From Patescibacteria group bacterium UBA3458 (GTDB taxonomy: Bacteria > Patescibacteriota > Minisyncoccia > Phycocordibacterales > UBA2100), in contig DFRR01000005.1 of assembly GCA_002378745.1 (NCBI GenBank), positions 43,581 through 92,184 on the forward strand: 48,604 bases of DNA. Reading direction: 5' to 3'. Shown in pieces: positions 9,001 to 15,071 of this stretch; position 1 is the stretch's first letter, and each line of letters starts with the position of its first letter. The position numbers and the translations under genes were made by a program. Below the pieces are notes generated by a model, which made no database searches, had not been told where the DNA came from, and saw nothing but the letters and a program-made list of their open reading frames with translations.

Positions 9001-12000
9001 TAGTGCCCCAGTACTTGGGATGAATACGGGGGTTGTCGCTGAAGAAGCTGAGTTACTTACCGCTGCCCCATTTTGGGCAGTAAATCGACTAGCAAGGAAC
9101 GTGAAGTAATTGGTGCCAGCAAGCGCGATGCGGAGTTGATCATCAGCACTTTCATAAAAACCAGTGTCACCATCGCCAAATGAGAGCGTCGGTGTAGTAG
9201 CATCATTGTCGAATGTCGTACCAAGTTGCAACAATGACGTCGGTGAGGGATTGTCAATACCAATATTGCCGGAATCAGTGATAATCATTCTCGGACTAGC
9301 AAAACCGTTTGAAACACTATTCGTCTGGGTGTAAAACTCAAGAGAAGTTGGATAATCCAAACTCTGTGACCCCCAGCCACCGCCAGTACCTCGAGCAATG
9401 ATTTTTGCCCCGATCCCGTCAGAGTCGCCTCCATTCACATCCGTGTCGGCAGTGAATAAAATTTGTCCTATGATCTCTTCACTTATGCTTGAGTCTCCGG
9501 TTCTCCGGATAGACAACACTCCACCTGCTGCATTAGCTACATCAACATCGTACAGTGGGTTTGCATTCCCCACACCAACCCTGTTGTTGGTTGGATCGAT
9601 GTACAAAGTATTTGAATCAAAGTTGAGTGGGTAACTCATTGCAACAGTGGTGGTTGCATCAAGTGTGAGGGCGTTTTTGAACTGTGCAAAATCAAGTGAA
9701 TCATTGACGATGTCGAGGGTCACTGCAGCACTTTCAGTACCTGAGTTTGCAACGGTAAAGAATGAGTTACCTGCATCAGCGAGCGTTGCGAGGTAGTTGC
9801 CGGTGGTGTGCGTGCCAAGCGTAATGAGATTGTTGAGTGTGGTTGCGCCGGTACCACCACGAGCCACTGGTAACGTGCCAGTAGTGCCCGCATCAATTGG
9901 AAGCCCTGTTGCGTCAATGAGATTAAATGCTGGGGTTGCATCAGAGCCACCAAGACTGAGTGTTATACCGCCGTATGATACGGTTGAATTTGCGAGTTCT
10001 GCGTTGTCGATTTGTCCGGCTGGAAGCGACACGGTTCCCGTACTTACGGTGAGACCACCATACAAGGTTGTAGTACCAGATACGTATGCGTTACCAGACA
10101 CGGCAAACTTGGCAGATGGTGACGATGTGCCTACACCAATGTTTCCTGAGTGGGTTATGGTAAAGAGTCGAGCTCCTGCTGAACTGTCTGCAACGAGTAC
10201 GGGTGCTGTCTGTCCTGTTTTTCCGACCAACTGGAGCGTTGGGACCGTTGTGGTGCTTGAGTCATTCTGGATGTAGAACGGCTGGTTGATGTCGAAGCGT
10301 TCAGTATCTGAGTCCCAGGCTATAACAGCATTTGGTACCACGGTGCCGCGGAAGAATACGAGGTTTACGTCTTCATCGTCCGAGGTAACGTTGTCGGTGT
10401 TAATGGTAAACGAGTTGTTTGCCGTACCACCGATTGTTGTTGAAGCGGCCGAGATACTGTTTACGTTGATGTTGTCAGCGTAGATTTCATCCCAGAAGTA
10501 TGATGGCGAACCAAGGTCGCGCACCGCGTTTTGGTCTGGAATGATGTCTGAGTTGATTGCGGAGTTGATGGTGAGGGTATCGGTGTTGGTGTTTCCGATA
10601 ACGATAGCTCCACCGTCAACCGTTAGGATGCCGTTAATGGTGGTGGTCGCGAGGTCTGCACTGCCGGTAACGACGAGATTAGTCGTGGTTGCGTTGGTGG
10701 CAGTGAAGTTTGTAAAGGCACCGGTGATTGCAGTGAGAATGTTGCTAAAGAAATTTGTACTGGTTGCGTTGGTAAAGACTGCATCTGTTGCATCGATACT
10801 ATCAACTGACACCGCGCCAATGGTTGTGGTGCCAAGTGCGGTGTCACCAGTTACCACCAAGTTTGTCGTGGTTGCGTTCGTAAGTGTCGCGTTGGTTGCC
10901 GTGAGGTTGGTAAAGATGCCGGTAATTGCGGTAACAAGGTTGCTGTAGAAGTTGGTGCTCGTTGCGTTCATAAAGACTGCGTCGGTGAACGTTGCGTTTG
11001 CACCAAAGAGCGTGGTGGTGGTTGCGTAGCTCGCGATGAGTCGTGTGATGTCTGCATCGGTAATGGTTGCGTCTGTGATGGTAGTCGTCGCAAGTGCGGT
11101 AGTCCCTGTTGCAACCAAATCAGTGGTGGTTGCGTTTGTTGCAACAAGATTCGTCGTTGTAGCGTTGGTTGCGCTAAAGTTTGTAACGCTAGAAGTGACT
11201 GCAGTAAGGAGGTTTGCAAAGAAGTTTGTTGAGGTTGCATTGGTGAATACTGCATCTGTTGCAGACAAGTCAGTTACCGTTGCGTCAGTTGCCACGAGGT
11301 TGGTGGTGGTTGCGTTGGTTGCAGTGAAGTTGGTGAACGCTCCAGTGATTACCGTAAGTGCATTAGTGAAGAAATTGGTGGTTGTGGCGTTCGTGAACGT
11401 TGCATTTGCACCAAAGAGCGTAGTGGTGGTTGCGTACGTGGCAACCAAACGAGTTACATCTGCATCTGTGATGGTAGTCGTCGCAAGTGCGGTACTTCCC
11501 GTAACAACTAAGTTCGTGCTCGTTGCGTTTGTGGCGGTAATATCGGTAACGGTTGCGTTAGTAATGCTTGTTGTCGCAAGTGTTGTAGTGCCTGTTGCAG
11601 TAAGCGTGTCGGTAGTGATGTCAGACGAGGAAAGGTTCGTCGTTGTAGCGTTGGTTGCGACAAGGTTGGTGGTGGTTGCGTTGGTTGCACTGAAGTTTGT
11701 AAACGCACCTGTAATTGCGGTAAGAACGCTGCTGAAGAAATTTGTACTGGTTGCGTTGGTAAGTGTAGCGTTCGTTCCTGAAAGGTTTGTAATGGTCGCA
11801 TCTGTAATTGTTGTGGTCGCAAGCGTCGTCGTACCAGACACGGCGAGGCCACCACCGACGGTGACCACCACGCCGTCATCAATGAGGATGCTGTCTGCAA
11901 GCGCTACGCCGGTTGCGTTGAATTTTGCAATAGTGTTTGCGGTACCTGTTGCCGAAGTAAGTGCACCGAAGCCGTTAATGTGTGCAATGCCAGCACTCAA

Positions 12001-13413
12001 CGGCGTTGTAAGGGTGCCCGTATAGGTCAAATCGTTGGCTACAAGACTGCTAAAGGTTGTCGTGCCAGTAACGGTGAGTGTACCAGCGATAGTGACGTCT
12101 TCAGCAAAAGAAGCGTCATCTGCAACCGTGAGTGACGTCGCCTCAACCGAAGAGTTTCGTATACGTGAATTTGTAATGAGTACGCCGCCCAATGTGTCGA
12201 TACGCTGTGTAAGCGCAATGCTGTGGAAGTTATCACCGATATCCGTAGCATTGTCTGCTCCAACACGCGCGATTTCTTTTCGTAATTCATTTTCTGTTTG
12301 TTGTAACTGTTCGAGTGTAACGCCGCTTTGTACAACGATGCGTTCTGTCTCAACAACACGTTCGATAACCGGCTGATTTTGCACGATGGTCGTGCGCTCA
12401 GGCGCCTGAGTGGTTGTGCCTGGTATGTACACAATCCGTGCCGGTGTTGTGTTGTGTGCAGCACCAGCGTCAGCAACTGCAGTGTTTGTTTCCTGCACAG
12501 CGCGAATTTGTATGTCTACCTGGCCGCGCACATTTCCCGAGCCGATAAGGCCGGTGTTTGTAACAAGTCGGGTTCCAGCGCCGCGGAAGAATGAAATAGC
12601 AGAGTCGTATGAATTCTGAAGCCATTCAATAGCGTTTACTTGAGCAAGTACATTGCGATTGAATTCAGGTAATCGCGGGTTCACGGTAAAGGCATCGAAA
12701 GCAAGGAGCGCTTCTTCAAATACCTCGTCTGCGGTAGCGAGCGTCTGTGGTAGTGCCATTGCTACCTGTACTGAACGATCAAATGCCTGTGCGATGCGAG
12801 CAGGTGCGGCGAGGTACTGCTCGCCACTTATTGCCGTACTTCCAAATACGATTGCAAATGCGGTAAGCAGTGCAACTGTCTTCTGTCCGAATTCACGAAA
12901 TGTATCAGCAGGAACAATTGGTGTGTACGGAATAAGTGCCCGTTGTGCACGTCGCTGATCTTCTTGCTCAGCAAGCACTTTGCGGAAGTAGGTGCCGGTA
13001 ATCGGCGCTTGTGCAAACGTGTATGTGTATGGATCGAAATACGCGTACTCTTGTGCTTGTACTGCATGAGAAGCGACACGCGCTACCGGTTGTGCGACGC
13101 GCACAACAGACTGCGCTGCTGCAGCTGCAACCTTTGGCAATTCTGCTTCTTCGATTTCTTGTTCGTAGTACTCACTCTTTCGCTGCTCTGAGAGTTGTTG
13201 GAGGCGAGCAGCCTTTTCATGTTCCCGAGCAATAACAAATTCCTTCAGTGAGTTTTCTTCAACAAACCAAGAGCGTCCGACACGCTCACAGGTAAGATTT
13301 CCCTCTCGACAGAGTTTTGCAACGTAGTCAGAAGTATAGCCGGCAGTTTTGCCAGCCTCCTGAGAAGAGAAATATATTTGGTTGTTAAATGTTAAGTGTT
13401 TACTCACAATCAA
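3064..13413 (-). CDS. Giant (3449 aa) type-II membrane-anchored surface fibre protein with N-terminal cytoplasmic excisionase/MerR-type HTH
   Basis: Single open frame of 10,350 nt with a TTG start (a GTG lies 2 codons later; there is no nearby ATG). aa 14-58 (IYFSSQEAGKTAGYTSDYVAKLCREGNLTCERVGRSWFVEENSLKEF) form an HTH_17-like module. One TM helix lies at about aa 178-196 (TVALLTAFAIVFGSTAISG). A Thr/Asn repeat tract spans about aa 525-925. About 20 copies of the motif G(N/R)(V/I)G(I/V)G(T/D)xxPxx(K/L)Lx(V/L) occur. Five copies of GIGDTSPAAL(F/L)TVGNGDLFQVNSSGAIAAATGITSSGA occur. Confidence 0.85.
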   Translation of the reverse strand: MIVSKHLTFNNQIYFSSQEAGKTAGYTSDYVAKLCREGNLTCERVGRSWFVEENSLKEFVIAREHEKAARLQQLSEQRKSEYYEQEIEEAELPKVAAAAAQSVVRVAQPVARVASHAVQAQEYAYFDPYTYTFAQAPITGTYFRKVLAEQEDQRRAQRALIPYTPIVPADTFREFGQKTVALLTAFAIVFGSTAISGEQYLAAPARIAQAFDRSVQVAMALPQTLATADEVFEEALLAFDAFTVNPRLPEFNRNVLAQVNAIEWLQNSYDSAISFFRGAGTRLVTNTGLIGSGNVRGQVDIQIRAVQETNTAVADAGAAHNTTPARIVYIPGTTTQAPERTTIVQNQPVIERVVETERIVVQSGVTLEQLQQTENELRKEIARVGADNATDIGDNFHSIALTQRIDTLGGVLITNSRIRNSSVEATSLTVADDASFAEDVTIAGTLTVTGTTTFSSLVANDLTYTGTLTTPLSAGIAHINGFGALTSATGTANTIAKFNATGVALADSILIDDGVVVTVGGGLAVSGTTTLATTTITDATITNLSGTNATLTNATSTNFFSSVLTAITGAFTNFSATNATTTNLVATNATTTNLSSSDITTDTLTATGTTTLATTSITNATVTDITATNATSTNLVVTGSTALATTTITDADVTRLVATYATTTTLFGANATFTNATTTNFFTNALTVITGAFTNFTATNATTTNLVATDATVTDLSATDAVFTNATSTNFFANLLTAVTSSVTNFSATNATTTNLVATNATTTDLVATGTTALATTTITDATITDADITRLIASYATTTTLFGANATFTDAVFMNATSTNFYSNLVTAITGIFTNLTATNATLTNATTTNLVVTGDTALGTTTIGAVSVDSIDATDAVFTNATSTNFFSNILTAITGAFTNFTATNATTTNLVVTGSADLATTTINGILTVDGGAIVIGNTNTDTLTINSAINSDIIPDQNAVRDLGSPSYFWDEIYADNINVNSISAASTTIGGTANNSFTINTDNVTSDDEDVNLVFFRGTVVPNAVIAWDSDTERFDINQPFYIQNDSSTTTVPTLQLVGKTGQTAPVLVADSSAGARLFTITHSGNIGVGTSSPSAKFAVSGNAYVSGTTTLYGGLTVSTGTVSLPAGQIDNAELANSTVSYGGITLSLGGSDATPAFNLIDATGLPIDAGTTGTLPVARGGTGATTLNNLITLGTHTTGNYLATLADAGNSFFTVANSGTESAAVTLDIVNDSLDFAQFKNALTLDATTTVAMSYPLNFDSNTLYIDPTNNRVGVGNANPLYDVDVANAAGGVLSIRRTGDSSISEEIIGQILFTADTDVNGGDSDGIGAKIIARGTGGGWGSQSLDYPTSLEFYTQTNSVSNGFASPRMIITDSGNIGIDNPSPTSLLQLGTTFDNDATTPTLSFGDGDTGFYESADDQLRIALAGTNYFTFLASRFTAQNGAAVSNSASSATTPVFIPSTGALTAGVGGSGGDVSIITDGAARLYVTSSGNVGIGTTSPSSLLHVYGPSGVLTLQDSNSAQNTAVSRIDFNYNTGTNGLIGYSGSEDLLITNNHASGDILLSTNGNVGIGDTSPAALFTVGSGDLFQVNSSGAIAAATGITSSGAINFTGTLAVSGTTTLATTTATALTVSNGLTVSGGGAAITGNSTIAGTLSSLTGITSSGTITFSALTSGILRTNGSGVLSTTTINGSDVTADTLDFTEFKDALTLDATTTIAMSYPLNFDSNTLYIDPTNNRVGVGTASPNFSFQINDNTITTKKGLYVASRFGPSGAYLRPANSSGQGSSLELVANQNTTLARAWSISNPSGASSNFGLVFSSAPSSVDIDSFSYTTRMQLDALGDFSLFEEAGVNAKFFWDASAEKLGIGTTSPSAKLHILGASEQLRLSYNASAYWTDTIASDGGRTIAGFGTDADLNLNFSGATDGDFSVNTDDLFVDTSTGRVGIGDTSPAALLTVGNGDLFQVNSSGAIAAATGITSSGTITFTDTLSVTGTSTLATTTAIQLTTTGNTYLATSGGNVGVGTTSPSAKLHVNGNSIFEGSTTYINAAQDYALSGTSSGWFGLVGQSSGLGSVLAIASNDADGTDESGLVVYGFGGIGSGNRERLIVNWDVANSRYEIQSEANGTGTLRDIALFTEGNTNQLVLSSSGNVGIGDSSPAALFTVGNGDLFQVNSSGAIAAATGITSSGAINFTGTLSVTGTTTLATTTATALIASNGLTVSGGGAAITGNSTIAGTLGSLTGITSSGTITFSGLTSGILRTNGSGVLSTTTINGSDVTADTLDFTEFKDALTLDASTTINVTGSNVFSITNTGSGNSFVVNDQGSDSTPFIIDAAGNVGIGTTPGAYKLYVDGSAYVNGLITAGAVDNNGYNMLRDPNNKIFFGRAAYNSLSESNGNYAPLVRGYTNNFGGFAYYFGYKGLYASTTATGAPQGELNNGANAALFLGVNTDGSTYFSAGNVGIGDTSPSALLTVGNGDLFQVNSSGAIAAATGITSSGAISFTGTLAVSGTSTFATTTVTGDLAVNTDDLFVDTANGRVGIGTTTPSSKLTVAGAVTADSFISTSTATSTFAGGISIAGSIVPTTDNTYSLGTPSLQWQDVYIGPGSLYINGQKVIEEDASNIVVTADTNQSLHLKTAGSGDIELNPTGTGIIALKGNIQITGGKVISTSDNSLLEFEDGIQGGNLSVSGNAITATNLNGGIALTPNGSGNTYVTANNFGIGDTSPAALLTVGNGDLFQVNSSGAIAAATGITSSGAISFTGTLSVTGTTTLATTTAAEITASGNVNATRFLAASGSGASPAYSFTDDTDTGMFYSSANGGTMNFVIGGGTRFYTQGTGSYTVFNGNIFAANTSGWMLENAASSLTNPTLVPHRSSSTTGIGGDGADKLALITAGTTALTVDSSQNIGIGTTSPLAKLDVYGDMVLSGSDRYLNFGTAVGTSSYGIRDNAGTLQYKNSGGSWADLGSGGSSLTGTTGQIAYFSGTNTAVGTSTIYLAADGKVGIGTESPKSKLDVLYSDTQANPAAASLAYEPGTSHGLEVWNTSNSANYSGIYLRTRTTGASTWSINNEWKSSNSGDLTFVTRSGGSTLDERMRITNAGNVGIGTSSPFGGWTSAPDKGIHIEGDNPQLGLYDTGGGDRWGVRAASIGLSFFNDTDNEHRLLVDNDGNVGIGTTNPSAKLSLGTDITTIKVAAYDNGSIAYGMGVNGGKLTFGANIAVDGTPQAVLTSSGDFGIGVVTPTKRLSVTETVSDAQFIISYDATRYTTFQVDSTGDLIVDAYGDDVRLNDDNLWVCSGGSCPAGTPSGNGNIIAETAIGIGTSTPWTSLAIAAGGAITVEEELLTTSGTIAVDWRDGNQQLIRLTTSAATINFSGYIAGQKLSLITCSPNGSTAGAITWGTTIRWTGGTAPTQTTTADKCDVWSFLATSANGTLRIFGAQTPNFTD
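10639..11841 (-). repeat. Thr/Asn-rich degenerate tandem-repeat tract inside the giant CDS (aa ~525-925)
   Basis: Runs such as TNATSTNFFSSVLTAITGAFTNFSATNATTTNLVATNATTTNL are reiterated about five times with variation. The opposite strand shows matching V/A-rich shadow ORFs (10541..10948, 11036..12025). Confidence 0.8.
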
Positions 13414-13617
13414 ATGATTGTTCGGAAACGCGATGTAACTACATATTACTAGCTATTTCGGCAATTACCTACTGCAATTTTGGGGATAAGGTTAGAGAGT
13501 TTTTAGTTACTAGTTTTCAGTTGGCAGAACCGATTGAATCACAACTCGCAGCAGTAAGTGAGCACCTTACAGAGATGCAACGAATACTTCCGTGGGTGCT
13601 GGGTTCGCAGTTTATAG

Positions 13618-13652
13618 TTGTTGATTGATAGAGATCGTAGGCTAAACAAGCT
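13618..13652 (+). repeat. TAG-ending heptad-like block (weaker copy)
   Basis: gcagtttatagttgttgattgatagagatcgtagg lies in the leader upstream of the giant gene. It is related to the 48194 and 22552 blocks. Confidence 0.45.
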
Positions 13653-13744
13653 CTATGCACTAAGAGAAACCATTATATGCCCTTTCATTGGAAACGTGAG
13701 AGTTTTTACTCACTGCTTTTAATTAGAAAGCGTGGGTACTGAGT

Positions 13745-13775
13745 AGACCCAGGATTCCTGAGGAATCCTGGGTCT
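13745..13775. terminator. Perfect 14-bp-stem hairpin downstream of the 374-aa HTH gene
   Basis: agacccaggattcc-tga-ggaatcctgggtct, indexed base by base. It lies about 90 nt past the stop at 13867. On the minus strand it is preceded by gctgatagtttgtag (TAG block) and has no clean U-run. Confidence 0.5.
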
Positions 13776-13790
13776 CTACAAACTATCAGC
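13776..13790 (-). repeat. TAG-heptad block abutting the 13745-13775 hairpin
   Basis: The minus strand reads gctgatagtttgtag. The gatagtttgtag core is identical to 48207-48218. Confidence 0.6.
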
Positions 13791-13866
13791 TATAATATTG
13801 TCACCCAATAACTCTGTTCTGGTCTATCCGAGAAACGCTCTATTAAGCTATTTTAGCCGAGATGTA

Positions 13867-14991
13867 CTACTCAGCAGTGTAAGAAAACTCTGCTCCAGGA
13901 AACACTTCTCCGTACTTTTCGCGAAGTACGTCTATTGTCTCATTAAAAGCTTTTGAATCGATGTGTATTTCCGGAATTCCATAGATATAGGTGAACGCCG
14001 CAGCCCCAGAGGCAATAATTAGTAGTGGCAGTACATACATGATGATCCGAACGTATAAAGCTCTCTGTTTTGGCTCCTCAAAGTGGTATGCTTCTTCCTT
14101 GGCTTCCTTAGATATCGCACTTAGTTTCTGTACTTCCTGTTCCCGAGATATGCTTTGTTTGAGCGACTTATTGCGTACCGCAATCTCGTCTCGGCCAACT
14201 TGTGGCGTTTGTCCGCTCGTGACTGTCGGAATACGTTTTATAACAGGAACTGCCGGTATATCACGAGGTGCATACACTTCAGTTTCTGCTTTTTGTATCA
14301 AAACCTTCTCGCCCAGAGTTTCTGCTGGTGGTATTGATGGCGGCAACTGTCGGGAGAACGTCTCTACCGGCTCTGCAAAGTAACGAACATTGAAATTGAT
14401 GTCTCCTGGTTCGATGTCTGTATGAATCTTCACTCCTATAGAAGCATCCTTGCTCGCCACATTGAGATGTTCTGTGTTTTCCTCACCAGGACGACGAATG
14501 CCACTAGCTTGTGCTTGCACTTGTGCGAGCAGTCCATCGTTATATTTTTTGTGCTTCAATAGTGCAGCTTTGTCGACAAACCATCGGCGACCAACTTTTC
14601 GTGCCTGCACTTCGCCATCTCTCGCCAACTGCCCTACATAATCTTGCGCATACCCGGTAATGTCCGCCGCACGTGACGTCGCAATGTACTCAACCCCATC
14701 ATATTTGAATGTGTCGTCACGAACATTGCCAACCTTCATGCCGTGCGTCGCAACTTTTTTTACTTCTTCCTGCGGTTCGCTTTCAGCTGCGGGCTTCGGT
14801 GTAATGCCGATTCCTGTCTCTTGGTATCTCTTGAGGCTTGCCTCATCGACATACCAGTTGCCAGACACTCTCCGGCATTCCACTTTTTCTTCTCGACAGA
14901 GCTGGCCGATGTAGTCTTTAGAATAGCTCGTGAGCTCAGAGGCTCGGTTTGTCGAGATAAGCTTTTCATCACCCACAAAAAGATCATTCAT
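13867..14991 (-). CDS. Tail-anchored protein with two excisionase/MerR-type HTH modules and a C-terminal TM helix
   Basis: 374 aa. Module 1 is LISTNRASELTSYSKDYIGQLCREEKVECRRVSGNWYVDEASLKRY. Module 2 is IATSRAADITGYAQDYVGQLARDGEVQARKVGRRWFVDKAALLKH. The TM helix is YVRIIMYVLPLLIIASGAAAFTYIYGI, with only about 35 aa after it. Confidence 0.8.
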   Translation of the reverse strand: MNDLFVGDEKLISTNRASELTSYSKDYIGQLCREEKVECRRVSGNWYVDEASLKRYQETGIGITPKPAAESEPQEEVKKVATHGMKVGNVRDDTFKYDGVEYIATSRAADITGYAQDYVGQLARDGEVQARKVGRRWFVDKAALLKHKKYNDGLLAQVQAQASGIRRPGEENTEHLNVASKDASIGVKIHTDIEPGDINFNVRYFAEPVETFSRQLPPSIPPAETLGEKVLIQKAETEVYAPRDIPAVPVIKRIPTVTSGQTPQVGRDEIAVRNKSLKQSISREQEVQKLSAISKEAKEEAYHFEEPKQRALYVRIIMYVLPLLIIASGAAAFTYIYGIPEIHIDSKAFNETIDVLREKYGEVFPGAEFSYTAE

Positions 14992-14997
14992 GAAATG

Positions 14998-15006
14998 ATT
15001 CTACCA
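14998..15006 (-). promoter_or_regulatory. Extended -10 (TGGTAGAAT) 6 nt upstream of ATG; candidate leaderless promoter
   Basis: The minus strand reads atatTGgTAGAATcatttcATG. No Shine-Dalgarno sequence is present. Confidence 0.4.
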
Positions 15007-15071
15007 ATATCTGCCGAGAAAGGGTATCTCGGCTAAAAAACACTGTGGATAGCGTAGCTCGTTTAGACGAG

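Noticed and set aside
5080-11900. Regularly spaced repeats that could superficially resemble a CRISPR array or satellite.
   Set aside because: The repeats are in-frame coding modules of the giant ORF. They are 165-450 bp long and imperfect, with no short unique spacers and no cas genes.
3071-13235. Dozens of 60-330-aa ORFs on the plus strand, and in other minus frames, inside the giant gene. Examples are 11036..12025 (329 aa), 6368..7039, 5591..6154 and 3048..3446.
   Set aside because: They are shadow ORFs. Their V/A/P/S-rich low-complexity translations mirror the Thr/Ala/Gly/Asn codon repeats of the 3449-aa frame. They repeat wherever the giant gene's DNA repeats, and none has independent start signals.
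13389-13628. A 79-aa plus-strand ORF in the leader of the giant gene.
   Set aside because: It overlaps the giant gene's start codon region, has no SD or -10 box in position and has an unremarkable sequence. It is treated as non-coding and is noted only within the long-leader finding.
15013-15033. The hairpin gccgaga-aagggta-tctcggc between gatB and the HTH gene, considered as a possible terminator.
   Set aside because: On the minus (coding) strand the U-run precedes the stem rather than following it, and on the plus strand an A-run follows it. That is the wrong geometry for an intrinsic terminator. It may be a 5'-proximal or promoter-adjacent structure, but I cannot support a call.
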